This document shows positions 15,504 through 24,535 of a DNA stretch of 64,000 bases, piece after piece. The notes beneath the pieces are model-generated. The model was not told the DNA's origin. It did no database searches and worked only from the letters and a program-made list of their open reading frames with translations. This stretch comes from Gemmatimonadales bacterium (GTDB lineage: Bacteria; Gemmatimonadota; Gemmatimonadetes; Gemmatimonadales; GWC2-71-9): the NCBI GenBank assembly GCA_037189525.1, contig JBBCJC010000001.1, positions 672,001 to 736,000 of the forward strand, written 5' to 3'. How positions within the stretch are numbered: position 1 is the stretch's first letter; every line of letters begins with the position of its first letter. Both the position numbers and the translations under genes were made by a program.

Positions 15504-18140
15504 ATGCGCGAATGGCTCGCCCGGCTCCGCGACCGATTCCGTCGTGACCAGCTCGATGCCGAGCTGGCGGATGAACTCCGGTTTCACCGTGAACAGCTGG
15601 AGCGGGACGGCGGTGCGACTGCCGTCCGCCGTCTCGGCAACCTGACCCGCGTCAAGGAGAATACCCGCGATATGTGGTCGATTCGCTGGCTCGATCAGCT
15701 TGGACGGGATGTCCGATACGCGCTGCGCGGTTTCCGCCGTGCTCCAGGGTTCACCGCTGCCGCGGTACTCACTCTCGCGCTCGGTGTCGGAGCTACCACG
15801 GCGATCTTCAGTATCGTGAACGGCGTTCTGATCCGCCCGCTTCCCTACCCGAACGCGAGCCGAGCCCTCCTCATCTGGAGCGGCGACCGGCGAACGCCGG
15901 AGACGAAGTTCCCCATCAGCCTCGCCAATCTGGTCGACATCCGGGAAGAAAGCCGCTCGCTCGAGCGAATCGCCGGGTTCCGCAGTTGGAACCATACGCT
16001 GGCCGAGCATGGCGACCCCGAGCAGATCTCGAGTGCCCTGGTCCTGCCCGGCCTCTTCGAGATCCTGGGCGTGCGGACAGCCCTTGGCCGGACCTTCATA
16101 GCAGAAGAGGAGCGGACGGGTGGTAGTGCCATCATCAGCGATCGGCTCTGGCGCAACCGCTTCGGCGCCGACCCCGCCATCATCGGGCGTTCCATCCAGC
16201 TGAGTGGCGTCCCGACGACGATCGTGGGTGTGATGCCGCCCGGCTTCCACTTTCCGCGCGGTGCCGAGCTGCCGTCGGGCCTGCGGTTCGGCCGGCGGAC
16301 CGACGTGTGGACGCCGCTCGTCGTCGATTCGATGGAGCTGTCGCTCCGCGGTCTCCAGAACCTCGCCGCGATCGCGGCGCCTACGCGCGGTCAGAACGCG
16401 GGTACGGTCACCGCCGACCTCGATCTCGTGGCGCGAGCGCTCATCGAGCGATATCCGGGCCTCGACCCCAACGGCACGTACACGGCCGAGTCGCTGCTGG
16501 AAACCGCGGTGGCGCCGGTTCGACCTGCCCTGCTGGTGCTGTTGGGCGCGGTAGGTTTCCTGCTCCTGATCGCTTGCGTCAACGTGTCCAGCCTGCTTCT
16601 GACGCGGGCCGAGGCGCGGCGGCGGGAAATCGCGGTCCGGGCCGCGATCGGCGCAGCAAGCGGCCGGCTCGCGCGGCAGTTCCTGACCGAGAACCTCGTC
16701 CTGACCGCGATCGGCGGCGGGCTTGGGGCGCTCATCGCAATGCTGACTCGCCAGGCCTTGCTGGCGCTCGCGCCGATCGACCTGCCACGCTTCGACGACA
16801 TCGTGCTCGACTGGCGCGTCTTCACCGGCATCATCGTGCTGGTGGTCGTGATCGGCGCCTCGCTCGGCACACTGGTTCTGGCCGAGACCGGTCGCGTGGA
16901 TCATGGCGCGCTCTTGCGCGAGGGCACTCGGGGTAGTGACGGACCGGGTCGCCATCGCGCCCGAAGCGGGTTGGTGGTGCTCCAGGTTGCCGTGTCGATG
17001 GTACTCCTCGCCGGCGCCGCGCTCCTGGGCCAGACGCTCCGCAACCTCCAGCATCAGAACCCGGGGTTCAACCCGGACCGGGTACTCACCGCCAAACCGA
17101 TCCTGCCGGTCACCACCACGGATATCGGGCAGATTCTCCGACTCATGCCCACCTGGGGACGGTTCTATCAGCAGGCCATCGACGAGGTCGCCGACCGGCC
17201 CGGTGTAGTCAGTGCCGCCGCAGTCTCCGCGCTGCCGTTGAGCGGCGCCCAGGAGTCGAGCAGCTTCATCATCGCAGGCCGGCCGCCGCTCGAGCCGGGA
17301 CAGCAGCAGAACGCGCTCTTCGCCGGCGTCTCGAATCGGTACTTTCAGACGATGGGCATTCCACTCGTCCGCGGACGAGTGTTCGAAGCAAGCGACCGGG
17401 ACTCCTCGGCGGCGACCGTCGTCATCAGCGAGTCCATGGCGCGCACCTACTGGCCCGGTGAGGATCCGCTGGGTTCCCGGATCCAGAGCTGGCTTGGCCG
17501 GAGCTTCGAAGTCGTAGGTGTCGTGGGCGATGTGCGACACCGGGGCATGATGGCCCCGCCGCAACCGATGATGTACGTCCCTCTGTCGACCTACAGCTCG
17601 GCAGCCATGACGATGATCGTGCGGAGCCAGGCCGGAGAGAGGGTCACCGCCGGGCTCATCCGCGAGGTGATTCGCGGTCTCGATCCGTCGGCCCCGGTCA
17701 CCGAAGTCGTGCCGATGGATGAGATCGTGGCGGAGTCGATGGCGCAGCAGCGTTTCAGCACGCTCCTGCTGGGCAGCTTCGGCATTGCCGCGGTAGCGCT
17801 GGCGGTGCTGGGCCTCTATGGGGTGATCAGCTATGGCGTGGCGCAGCGCGCCAAGGAACTGGGCATCCGGCTCGCGCTGGGTGCGGCGCCAAGCACCGTA
17901 CGCCGGCTGGTGATGCGCGAGGGCATGACGCTGGCTGCGACCGGGGTCGCGATCGGTCTGGTCGCCGCCATCCTACTGGGCCGGACGTTGACCACGTTGG
18001 TGTTCGGCGTGAGCCCGACGGATGCAGCCACGCTAGCCGGCGTAACGGCGCTCCTCGTCGTGGTGGCCGCCGTGGCGACGTTCATCCCCGCTCGGCGCGC
18101 AACTAGGATCGACGTGGTCACAGTCTTGCGGGAGGAATAG
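15504..18140 (+). CDS. ADOP-family permease 3 (different subfamily)
   Basis: GATTAIFSIVNGVLIRPLPY, LLIACVNV, ELGIRLALGA, PARRATRID. Confidence 0.93.
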   Translation: MREWLARLRDRFRRDQLDAELADELRFHREQLERDGGATAVRRLGNLTRVKENTRDMWSIRWLDQLGRDVRYALRGFRRAPGFTAAAVLTLALGVGATTAIFSIVNGVLIRPLPYPNASRALLIWSGDRRTPETKFPISLANLVDIREESRSLERIAGFRSWNHTLAEHGDPEQISSALVLPGLFEILGVRTALGRTFIAEEERTGGSAIISDRLWRNRFGADPAIIGRSIQLSGVPTTIVGVMPPGFHFPRGAELPSGLRFGRRTDVWTPLVVDSMELSLRGLQNLAAIAAPTRGQNAGTVTADLDLVARALIERYPGLDPNGTYTAESLLETAVAPVRPALLVLLGAVGFLLLIACVNVSSLLLTRAEARRREIAVRAAIGAASGRLARQFLTENLVLTAIGGGLGALIAMLTRQALLALAPIDLPRFDDIVLDWRVFTGIIVLVVVIGASLGTLVLAETGRVDHGALLREGTRGSDGPGRHRARSGLVVLQVAVSMVLLAGAALLGQTLRNLQHQNPGFNPDRVLTAKPILPVTTTDIGQILRLMPTWGRFYQQAIDEVADRPGVVSAAAVSALPLSGAQESSSFIIAGRPPLEPGQQQNALFAGVSNRYFQTMGIPLVRGRVFEASDRDSSAATVVISESMARTYWPGEDPLGSRIQSWLGRSFEVVGVVGDVRHRGMMAPPQPMMYVPLSTYSSAAMTMIVRSQAGERVTAGLIREVIRGLDPSAPVTEVVPMDEIVAESMAQQRFSTLLLGSFGIAAVALAVLGLYGVISYGVAQRAKELGIRLALGAAPSTVRRLVMREGMTLAATGVAIGLVAAILLGRTLTTLVFGVSPTDAATLAGVTALLVVVAAVATFIPARRATRIDVVTVLREE

Positions 18141-18272
18141 AATACCACCTGTACTGGTCAACGGATTAGCTTAGAGCGTGGCTTCGATATCCGTGCAGCG
18201 AAAGTCGTCGCCCAAAACAGCAGCGGCCAACCTGCAAGGCACACCATCGCGTAGGTAGAGAGCATCCGCCCT

Positions 18273-19325
18273 ATGGCCTGGACGAACCTGACCATTCCGC
18301 GCCGACAAGGCACCCGCACCGTGACCACACTCGATCTTCACGCCGCCGGTGAGCCGCTGCGGATCGTCACGGGCGGCCTGCCCCCGCTCGAAGGTGACAC
18401 CATACTCGCCCGGCGACGGTGGATGCGGGACCATCACGACGATATCCGGCGAGCCCTCATGTGGGAGCCACGCGGTCATTTCGACATGTACGGATGTGTC
18501 GTCACCCCGCCGGTCACGCCCGACGCGGATTGGGGTGTCCTGTTCATGCACAATGAGGGATACAGCACGATGTGCGGCCACGGTATCATCGCGCTCACCA
18601 CGGCGCTCGTCGAGACCGGCGTCGCGTCATCGGCAGGTGCGGAGGTCCACCTTTCCTTCGATACCCCGGCGGGGCTGGTGCGCGCCGTGGCGCATCGCGG
18701 CGACGACGATCGGGTGACCAGCGTCACCTTCGCGAACGTACCGTCGTTCCTCCACACTCAGGACCTTGCCATAACGATTCCGGGCGCCGGCTCACTGGAG
18801 GTGGATGTGGCGTTCGGCGGCGCCTACTACGCCCTCGTCCCTGCCGACCGGCTCGGCCTGACGATCGCTCCGGAGCATCGGAACGCGCTCGTCGAGGCCG
18901 GCGAAGCGGTCAAAGCGGCCGTCAACGACGGGCTGCGCATCGAAGACCCCGTCGACCCCGATCTCGGGTTCGTCTACGGAACGATATTTACCGGACCGCC
19001 GGAGGACCCGTCACACCACAGCCGCAACTGCTGCGTCTTCGCCAATGGCGAAGTGGATCGGTCTCCGACAGGCACCGGCGTGTCGGCCCGAGCGGCCCAA
19101 CTGTTCGCCACGGGCCAGCTTGCGCCAGGTCAGCCGATCCGCGTCGAGAGCATCCTCGGTCGAGAGAGCGTCTTCAGCGTCCAGGTCGGCGCCACCACGA
19201 CCCGTGCAGGACGGCCGGCAATCGTGCCCGAGGTGACGGGCTCGGCCTTCATCACAGGCCGGAGCGAGTTCATCCTGGACACCGACGACCGGCTCGGCGC
19301 AGGATTTCTGCTCGGGACATCCTGA
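18273..19325 (+). CDS. Proline racemase-family protein, likely trans-3-hydroxy-L-proline dehydratase
   Basis: HAAGEPLR, EPRGH, MCGHG and DRSPTGTG, giving a Cys/Thr catalytic pair. Confidence 0.88.
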   Translation: MAWTNLTIPRRQGTRTVTTLDLHAAGEPLRIVTGGLPPLEGDTILARRRWMRDHHDDIRRALMWEPRGHFDMYGCVVTPPVTPDADWGVLFMHNEGYSTMCGHGIIALTTALVETGVASSAGAEVHLSFDTPAGLVRAVAHRGDDDRVTSVTFANVPSFLHTQDLAITIPGAGSLEVDVAFGGAYYALVPADRLGLTIAPEHRNALVEAGEAVKAAVNDGLRIEDPVDPDLGFVYGTIFTGPPEDPSHHSRNCCVFANGEVDRSPTGTGVSARAAQLFATGQLAPGQPIRVESILGRESVFSVQVGATTTRAGRPAIVPEVTGSAFITGRSEFILDTDDRLGAGFLLGTS

Positions 19326-19361
19326 CGCCGAGAACGGCTCCTTGGTACGCGGCGAAACGGC

Positions 19362-21005
19362 TCACGGGACCGGGCGTTCCGTGGTGTCGCCGTCCCGGTA
19401 AGGATAGAGCTCCCGAAGCGGCGCATAACGATAGGGCAACTTGTCGAGATGCACCGTTCCGACGAATGGCTCGGGCGCGTCGACGATCATGATCGTCCTC
19501 GCATAACCCGTATCGTCGAAGCCGCGCCGGAAATGGGCGCGTGACTTGAGCACCCAGGTCGTGAAGCGCGCGGTGTCGATCGGCGCCCACGTCATCTGAC
19601 CCGGCTCGGTCACCTGGACCAGCTCCGGTGTGATCACGAGCCAGTTGCCCCGACCGAACTCTACGATCGCCACCGTCTTGTCTTCGCTGCCCAACTGCCG
19701 AGCCATCTGGGCGGGCTGTCCGAGATAGACGAGCGTGCCCCGGATTCGCACCGGTTTGCCGCTCTCCGGTGCGACCACGAAGCCACCCACCTCGCGATCG
19801 AACGGGTCGCCGGCCTTAGCGCCCTCCGCGACGAGCGCCCGCAGCACCCGCTCGTCGCGGAGGGTCGCATAGAGCACACCGCCCAGATCCTGCCGGACGA
19901 TCTCGGCCAGAATGTGGGTCGCGTCGCCCGAGCGGTCGGAATAGTCGGCGAGTACGATCGGCGTGCGCGACTGGCGCGTCGCCTGAATCGCCTGAGTCAC
20001 GGCCCGACCGGGCGCCACGATCGGCGTCGTGGCAATGAAATCCCGCCGCAGCCGCCACATATATCCGGCCATGTCGTCCGCGATCTCGTTGGCCAGCGCC
20101 TGATCGCCGTTCGTCATCACCTGGATCGTGGCGCCCACATCCGGCACGTCGCTCCACGGGAAACCGAAGAACACGCTGACATAGACATCTTTGCGGCGCG
20201 CCTCCCAGGTCAGCGCGCGCTGCACCAGGTTGATCCAGGGATACTGCCCCGTCCACTGCATTACCGTCGGGGTGATGATGCCCGGCTTGCGGGTGGCGGT
20301 GGTGGGCTGGTAATCGCCGCGCGCGGTCCGGATCAGGAGCCGCGCAGCGCGTTCGCCCTGGAGCCGGCCGTCGTAGTGCGGGAAGTATTTCATCACGAAC
20401 GAGAAGTTGGCCTGGCGCAGGAACTCCTCGTCTTCATTGCCGTGCGGATCGAAGGTGCCGGCGATCGGCACGTCCGGTCCCACCACTTCACGCACCCGCT
20501 TCGCCAGCTCCGCTTCGGGCTTCGGCACCCCTTCGACGGCCATGGCGCCGTGCAGAGAGAGATAGACCCCGTCGACGGGCCCGCTCGCGCGGAGATTGTC
20601 GATCATCAACTTGGCATAGTGCTCGAAGGCCTCGTTCGTGATCCAGCCTTTGGAACTACCGCCGATCGGCGGACCACCCGGCGACTCGAGCGGCACGAGT
20701 TCAACTCCGTGATGCTCCCGCGCGATCTGCACGAATCCCTGGATCGACTCCGAGCGGTAGTCGAGCAAGGCATCGCCGGTCAGATTGGGCTTGGGAAAGT
20801 CGTCGATGCCCGCCTTCTCGGGCATGAAGGTCGTGGCTTCGTGGGAGAAAAACCCGATCGCGATCCGGAGCGGCCGCTTGGTCGCATCGGCGGGATTGTC
20901 GCGCGCCGTACAACCCGCAACGAGCGTGACCAGCAGGCCGGACAGCAGGATCGACCACGGGCTCCGAAACTGGAATGGCCCATTCCTTCGGGAGTGGCAC
21001 AGCAT
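19362..21005 (-). CDS. M81 (MlrC-like) metallopeptidase, probable lipoprotein
   Basis: HEATTF, LSLHGAM, FDPHGN, YFPHYD, LKSRAHFR; VAGC lipobox; GAGG before ATG 21005. Confidence 0.88.
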   Translation of the reverse strand: MLCHSRRNGPFQFRSPWSILLSGLLVTLVAGCTARDNPADATKRPLRIAIGFFSHEATTFMPEKAGIDDFPKPNLTGDALLDYRSESIQGFVQIAREHHGVELVPLESPGGPPIGGSSKGWITNEAFEHYAKLMIDNLRASGPVDGVYLSLHGAMAVEGVPKPEAELAKRVREVVGPDVPIAGTFDPHGNEDEEFLRQANFSFVMKYFPHYDGRLQGERAARLLIRTARGDYQPTTATRKPGIITPTVMQWTGQYPWINLVQRALTWEARRKDVYVSVFFGFPWSDVPDVGATIQVMTNGDQALANEIADDMAGYMWRLRRDFIATTPIVAPGRAVTQAIQATRQSRTPIVLADYSDRSGDATHILAEIVRQDLGGVLYATLRDERVLRALVAEGAKAGDPFDREVGGFVVAPESGKPVRIRGTLVYLGQPAQMARQLGSEDKTVAIVEFGRGNWLVITPELVQVTEPGQMTWAPIDTARFTTWVLKSRAHFRRGFDDTGYARTIMIVDAPEPFVGTVHLDKLPYRYAPLRELYPYRDGDTTERPVP

Positions 21006-21055
21006 GATGGACCTCGTTGGCGGCACGTCGTGCGTGGAGAAGGACCCCGTGAAGT

Positions 21056-21451
21056 CTACCTCAGTCGGACGAGTCCCGGCATGCGGTCGAAGTCGGCGTC
21101 GAACGACATGACCCGAGTCACCCGGTGACGCTCCATCACCGCGACATGAAGCGCGTCGCGGGCACGGAGCGCGGGTCGACCCAGCACGATCGTCTTGGCA
21201 CGCTCGACATCGGCCAGAGTGATATCGAAAACCTGGTCGACCACGCCCGACAGCGCATCGAATGCTGGTTGGATCGCGTCTCGGCGCTCGAGCGCGGTAT
21301 AGCGGTGCAGGATCTCCTGGAAGACCTCGACGCTGGTCACCAGCTTTTCCCGATCGGTGATGGCGCGCTCCAGGATCCGCTGCGCGTCCACCTTGAGCGG
21401 GTGATCCGCTCCGACCAGATACATCGGAATGTTCGAGTCGACAAAGATCAT
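21056..21451 (-). CDS. vapC: VapC PIN-domain toxin
   Basis: [35 protein letters not shown]. Confidence 0.92.
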   Translation of the reverse strand: MIFVDSNIPMYLVGADHPLKVDAQRILERAITDREKLVTSVEVFQEILHRYTALERRDAIQPAFDALSGVVDQVFDITLADVERAKTIVLGRPALRARDALHVAVMERHRVTRVMSFDADFDRMPGLVRLR

Positions 21452-21452
21452 C

Positions 21453-21704
21453 TCAACGCTCGTCGAGATAGCCGCGCTCGATATCCCGGAGCATGAGGTC
21501 GATATCGGCCGTGGGATAGGCCGCTCGCGCCGCCTCCCGGACCACCGCAAGCTTCCGATCGGGACCGGCCGCCGGCTCCAGCCGGCTCGCCTCGCGAATC
21601 AGACGGCGGACCCACTCGGAAACCGTGAGCCGGTGTCGGCGCGCGGTTCGCTGGAGATCCCGATATTCAGCATCGTCGACGATGACCTGCAGTCGTTTAC
21701 TCAT
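21453..21704 (-). CDS. Ribbon-helix-helix antitoxin (VapB-like)
   Basis: [11 protein letters not shown]...TVSEWVRR; 1 nt upstream of vapC. Confidence 0.85.
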   Translation of the reverse strand: MSKRLQVIVDDAEYRDLQRTARRHRLTVSEWVRRLIREASRLEPAAGPDRKLAVVREAARAAYPTADIDLMLRDIERGYLDER

Positions 21705-21739
21705 GAGATGAGTATAATTCACTGCCACCATACGTGCAA
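21698..21739 (-). promoter_or_regulatory. Leaderless promoter and operator of vapBC
   Basis: TTGCAC-N17-TATACT, then 6 nt to the ATG; perfect inverted repeat TACTCAT-N3-ATGAGTA (21698-21714) covers the -10 and start codon. Confidence 0.75.
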
Positions 21740-21845
21740 TCCTGTTTGAGCCGGCTCCAGATATACATCGGCCGCGCCAGGAGCAGGGTACCGTTTCTAC
21801 GCATTCATTATCTAAATACGACGCGCGCCGAGACTCGGTGTGCCT

Positions 21846-22595
21846 TCACCACGCCCCCATCTCGCCGCGGGCATCGATCACGGCGCCGAGCCGGATGGCG
21901 CTGTTCGTCCAGTTGCGCATCATCGCGGCTCGCGCGGCGTCGGGATCACCCCGCCGAATGGCTCGCTCGACCGCCTGGTGCTCAGCAACCGACAACGCCA
22001 CTTCCCTTCCGAGATGGGCGACGTAGAGGCGGTCGTAGCGGTCGGCCTGCGGCTTGAGGGATCGGAGCAGACCGGTGAGCCGAGGACCGGCACCGGCCGT
22101 CACGATGAGCCAATGCCACTCGGCGTCGAGCTCATGGTTTCTGATCGGGTCGTCCGACGGACCCCTCACCATCGCTCCCAGCTCACGATTGATGGCGGCC
22201 AGGCGACCGGCGATCACGAGCCGCTCCGCGCGGGGTGCCTGGGCCGCCCGGAACGCCGCCCATCCCTGGAGGTCGCCGATCAGGAAGTAGAGCTCCTCCA
22301 TGTCCGCGCGGCGGAGCGGAGCGACCGCGATGCGCGTGCCTCGGCCGGAACCGATCGAGTCGAAGTATCCCTGCTGACCGAGCCGATGCAGAGCAGCCCG
22401 CACCGGGGTGGGACTCATCCCCAACCTGCGGGCCAGGTCCCGTTCGCCGATCCGGCTCCCCGGCGGGAGGCCGCCCGTGGTGATCAGATCGCGGATCGTC
22501 TGGTACGCCCGGTCGACCAGCCGGCTCGACGCCGGGTCTCCCGGAGACCGACGCTTGCGGACTGCGGTTTGACGCGCTAGCGTTTGAGATCTCAT
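21846..22595 (-). CDS. GntR-family regulator (FCD domain)
   Basis: AYQTIRDLITTGGLPPGSRIGERDLARRLGMSPTPVRAAL; EHQAVERAIRRGD; start uncertain. Confidence 0.88.
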   Translation of the reverse strand: MRSQTLARQTAVRKRRSPGDPASSRLVDRAYQTIRDLITTGGLPPGSRIGERDLARRLGMSPTPVRAALHRLGQQGYFDSIGSGRGTRIAVAPLRRADMEELYFLIGDLQGWAAFRAAQAPRAERLVIAGRLAAINRELGAMVRGPSDDPIRNHELDAEWHWLIVTAGAGPRLTGLLRSLKPQADRYDRLYVAHLGREVALSVAEHQAVERAIRRGDPDAARAAMMRNWTNSAIRLGAVIDARGEMGAW

Positions 22596-22596
22596 T

Positions 22597-22606
22597 ATGT
22601 ATACAA
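22597..22606. promoter_or_regulatory. GntR-type operator
   Basis: aTGTATACAa palindrome between the divergent GntR and hydrolase genes; resembles TTGTATACAA-type GntR boxes. Confidence 0.55.
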
Positions 22607-24528
22607 TATCGCGCCTCTTCCGAGCCGGCAACCGCCGGCGCCTCTGTCCTGCCGTGGTCGCCCTCTGCCTGGCCGGCGCCATCCCGCTCGGTGGGCAGAC
22701 TCACGACGTGCGCGACACCGTGGCCCTCGGCGCCTTCGTCGACGGAGTGATTCGGGCTCAGATGGCCGAGCTTCGCATCCCGTCGGCCGCAGTAGCCATC
22801 GTCCAGGGTGAGCGCGTCCTCTATGCCGCGGGATATGGGTACGCAGATATTGCCAAGCGGGTCCCGGTCGATCCGGCCACCAGCATGTTTCACATCGGCT
22901 CCACCGGCAAGCTCTTCACCTGGACCGCCGTGATGCAGCTGGTGGAGCAAGGGAAGCTCGATCTCGACCAGGACGTGAACCGGTACCTGACGACATTCCA
23001 GATTCCCGAGGCCTTCGGGAAGCCGATCACCCTTCGGCATCTGATGACGCACACCGCCGGCTTTCAGGAAGGGATCATCGGCTACTTCATCGGCCACGAC
23101 AGCGTCAACATCCGGTCGATCGACGAAACCCTGCGCGGTCACATCCCGGCACGGGTTCGGCCGCCAGGTGAGCTACCGTCGTATTCGAACTACGGCGCAT
23201 CGCTCGCGGGGCTGATCGTCGAGCAGGTGAGCGGCGAGCCGTTCGCGGAGTACATCGAGCGGCACATCTACCAGCCACTCGGCATCCAATACGCCACCTT
23301 CCGGGAGCCACTCCCGGACGCACTCCGCCCGCATACCGTGCTCGGGTATTCGTTCGCCAGTGGCGCGTTCCAGCCGATGCCGTCCGAGATCAACCACGGG
23401 TTCGTGCCGTCGGGCGGCACGGTCATGTCGGCGCTCGACGCGGCGCGGTTCATGAGCGCCCATCTGCAGGAGGGCCGGCTCGGCGACTCGACCATTCTCC
23501 AACCCACCACTGCGCGGCTGATGCACGCCCGCGCCTTCGGCGTCGACGCCCGACTACCCGGAACCGGCCTCGGTTTCGTCGAAGAACGGTTTCGAGGCCA
23601 GCGCACCATCGGACACAGCGGCGACAGCCAGTACTTCCACGTCGATCTGGTCTTGGTGCCGGAGCAGCAGTTGGGTGTGTTCGTCGCCTATGGTGGAGAA
23701 GGCCAGAGCACCATGGCCAGGGAGCGGTTCAAGGCGGCATTCTTCGAGCGCTACCTCGCGCCAAGCCCTCCGGATTCCACCACAGCTTCATCCGCCGGCC
23801 TCAGCGCCGGATCCGCCAGGTACGCAGGTGAGTACCGGCACATCCGGATGAACTATACCGACATCGACAAGTTCATCTATCTGGTGGCACTTCCCCCGAT
23901 CACCGTCGAGGCGCTCGAGGGCGGGCGGATCCTGGTTTCGGGCGGATTCGAGCCCGATTGGGTGCCGACCCAGTTCGAGCCCGTCGGGGAGCATCTCTTT
24001 CGCCAGGTGGGGGGCGAGCAGTTGATTGCCTTTCGGGTGACTGGCTCGGGCGACGTCAGCCATCTCCTGTCAAACCCGACTGTGGCAGCCGAGCGGATGC
24101 CCTGGAACGAATCGCCGTCGTTCTGGTACCCGGTGCTCGCGATCGCGGCCGTGGTGCTGCTGTCGGTCCTGATGGATGCCGGTTATCGTCGGGCCGAGGT
24201 GGGCGACCCTTCTTTGCGCCGGACGGGGCGGCTGGTCACCCTGACCGCGGCGTGGCCCTTCTTGACCCTGATCGCCGCGGCGCTGGTCATCGGTACGTAC
24301 CAAGCGTCGATCCTGGAGCGGATCCCGGTGGCGTTGAAGCTCGTGCTGGCCATGCCGCTGGTCTTCCTGATCCTGACTGCCGCCCTCACGGTTGCCGTGC
24401 TGGTGGTCTGGCGGAGCCGGTCAGCGACGTTAGGCCGTCGGATCCATCTCACCCTTACTGTCGTTGCCGCGATCGCCCTCTGCTGGTTCTCATGGCAGTG
24501 GAACATCCTCGGCTGGCAGTTCGGATAG
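22597..24528 (+). CDS. Beta-lactamase-related serine hydrolase with C-terminal TM helices
   Basis: SxxK (GSTGK), LRHLMTHTAG, YSN, GHSG; hydrophobic C-terminus; the real start may lie further downstream. Confidence 0.9.
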   Translation: MYTISRLFRAGNRRRLCPAVVALCLAGAIPLGGQTHDVRDTVALGAFVDGVIRAQMAELRIPSAAVAIVQGERVLYAAGYGYADIAKRVPVDPATSMFHIGSTGKLFTWTAVMQLVEQGKLDLDQDVNRYLTTFQIPEAFGKPITLRHLMTHTAGFQEGIIGYFIGHDSVNIRSIDETLRGHIPARVRPPGELPSYSNYGASLAGLIVEQVSGEPFAEYIERHIYQPLGIQYATFREPLPDALRPHTVLGYSFASGAFQPMPSEINHGFVPSGGTVMSALDAARFMSAHLQEGRLGDSTILQPTTARLMHARAFGVDARLPGTGLGFVEERFRGQRTIGHSGDSQYFHVDLVLVPEQQLGVFVAYGGEGQSTMARERFKAAFFERYLAPSPPDSTTASSAGLSAGSARYAGEYRHIRMNYTDIDKFIYLVALPPITVEALEGGRILVSGGFEPDWVPTQFEPVGEHLFRQVGGEQLIAFRVTGSGDVSHLLSNPTVAAERMPWNESPSFWYPVLAIAAVVLLSVLMDAGYRRAEVGDPSLRRTGRLVTLTAAWPFLTLIAAALVIGTYQASILERIPVALKLVLAMPLVFLILTAALTVAVLVVWRSRSATLGRRIHLTLTVVAAIALCWFSWQWNILGWQFG

Positions 24529-24535
24529 AGGCTCC

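Noticed and set aside
15294..17564. 756-aa minus-strand ORF
   Set aside because: Antisense to ADOP permease 3; no recognisable domain.
19362..21005. Microcystin degradation (mlr) cluster
   Set aside because: Only an M81-family homolog; no mlrA or mlrD recognisable.
22597..24528. Antibiotic-resistance beta-lactamase
   Set aside because: SxxK/YxN family membership with TM helices fits a peptidase or esterase equally well; nothing indicates resistance.
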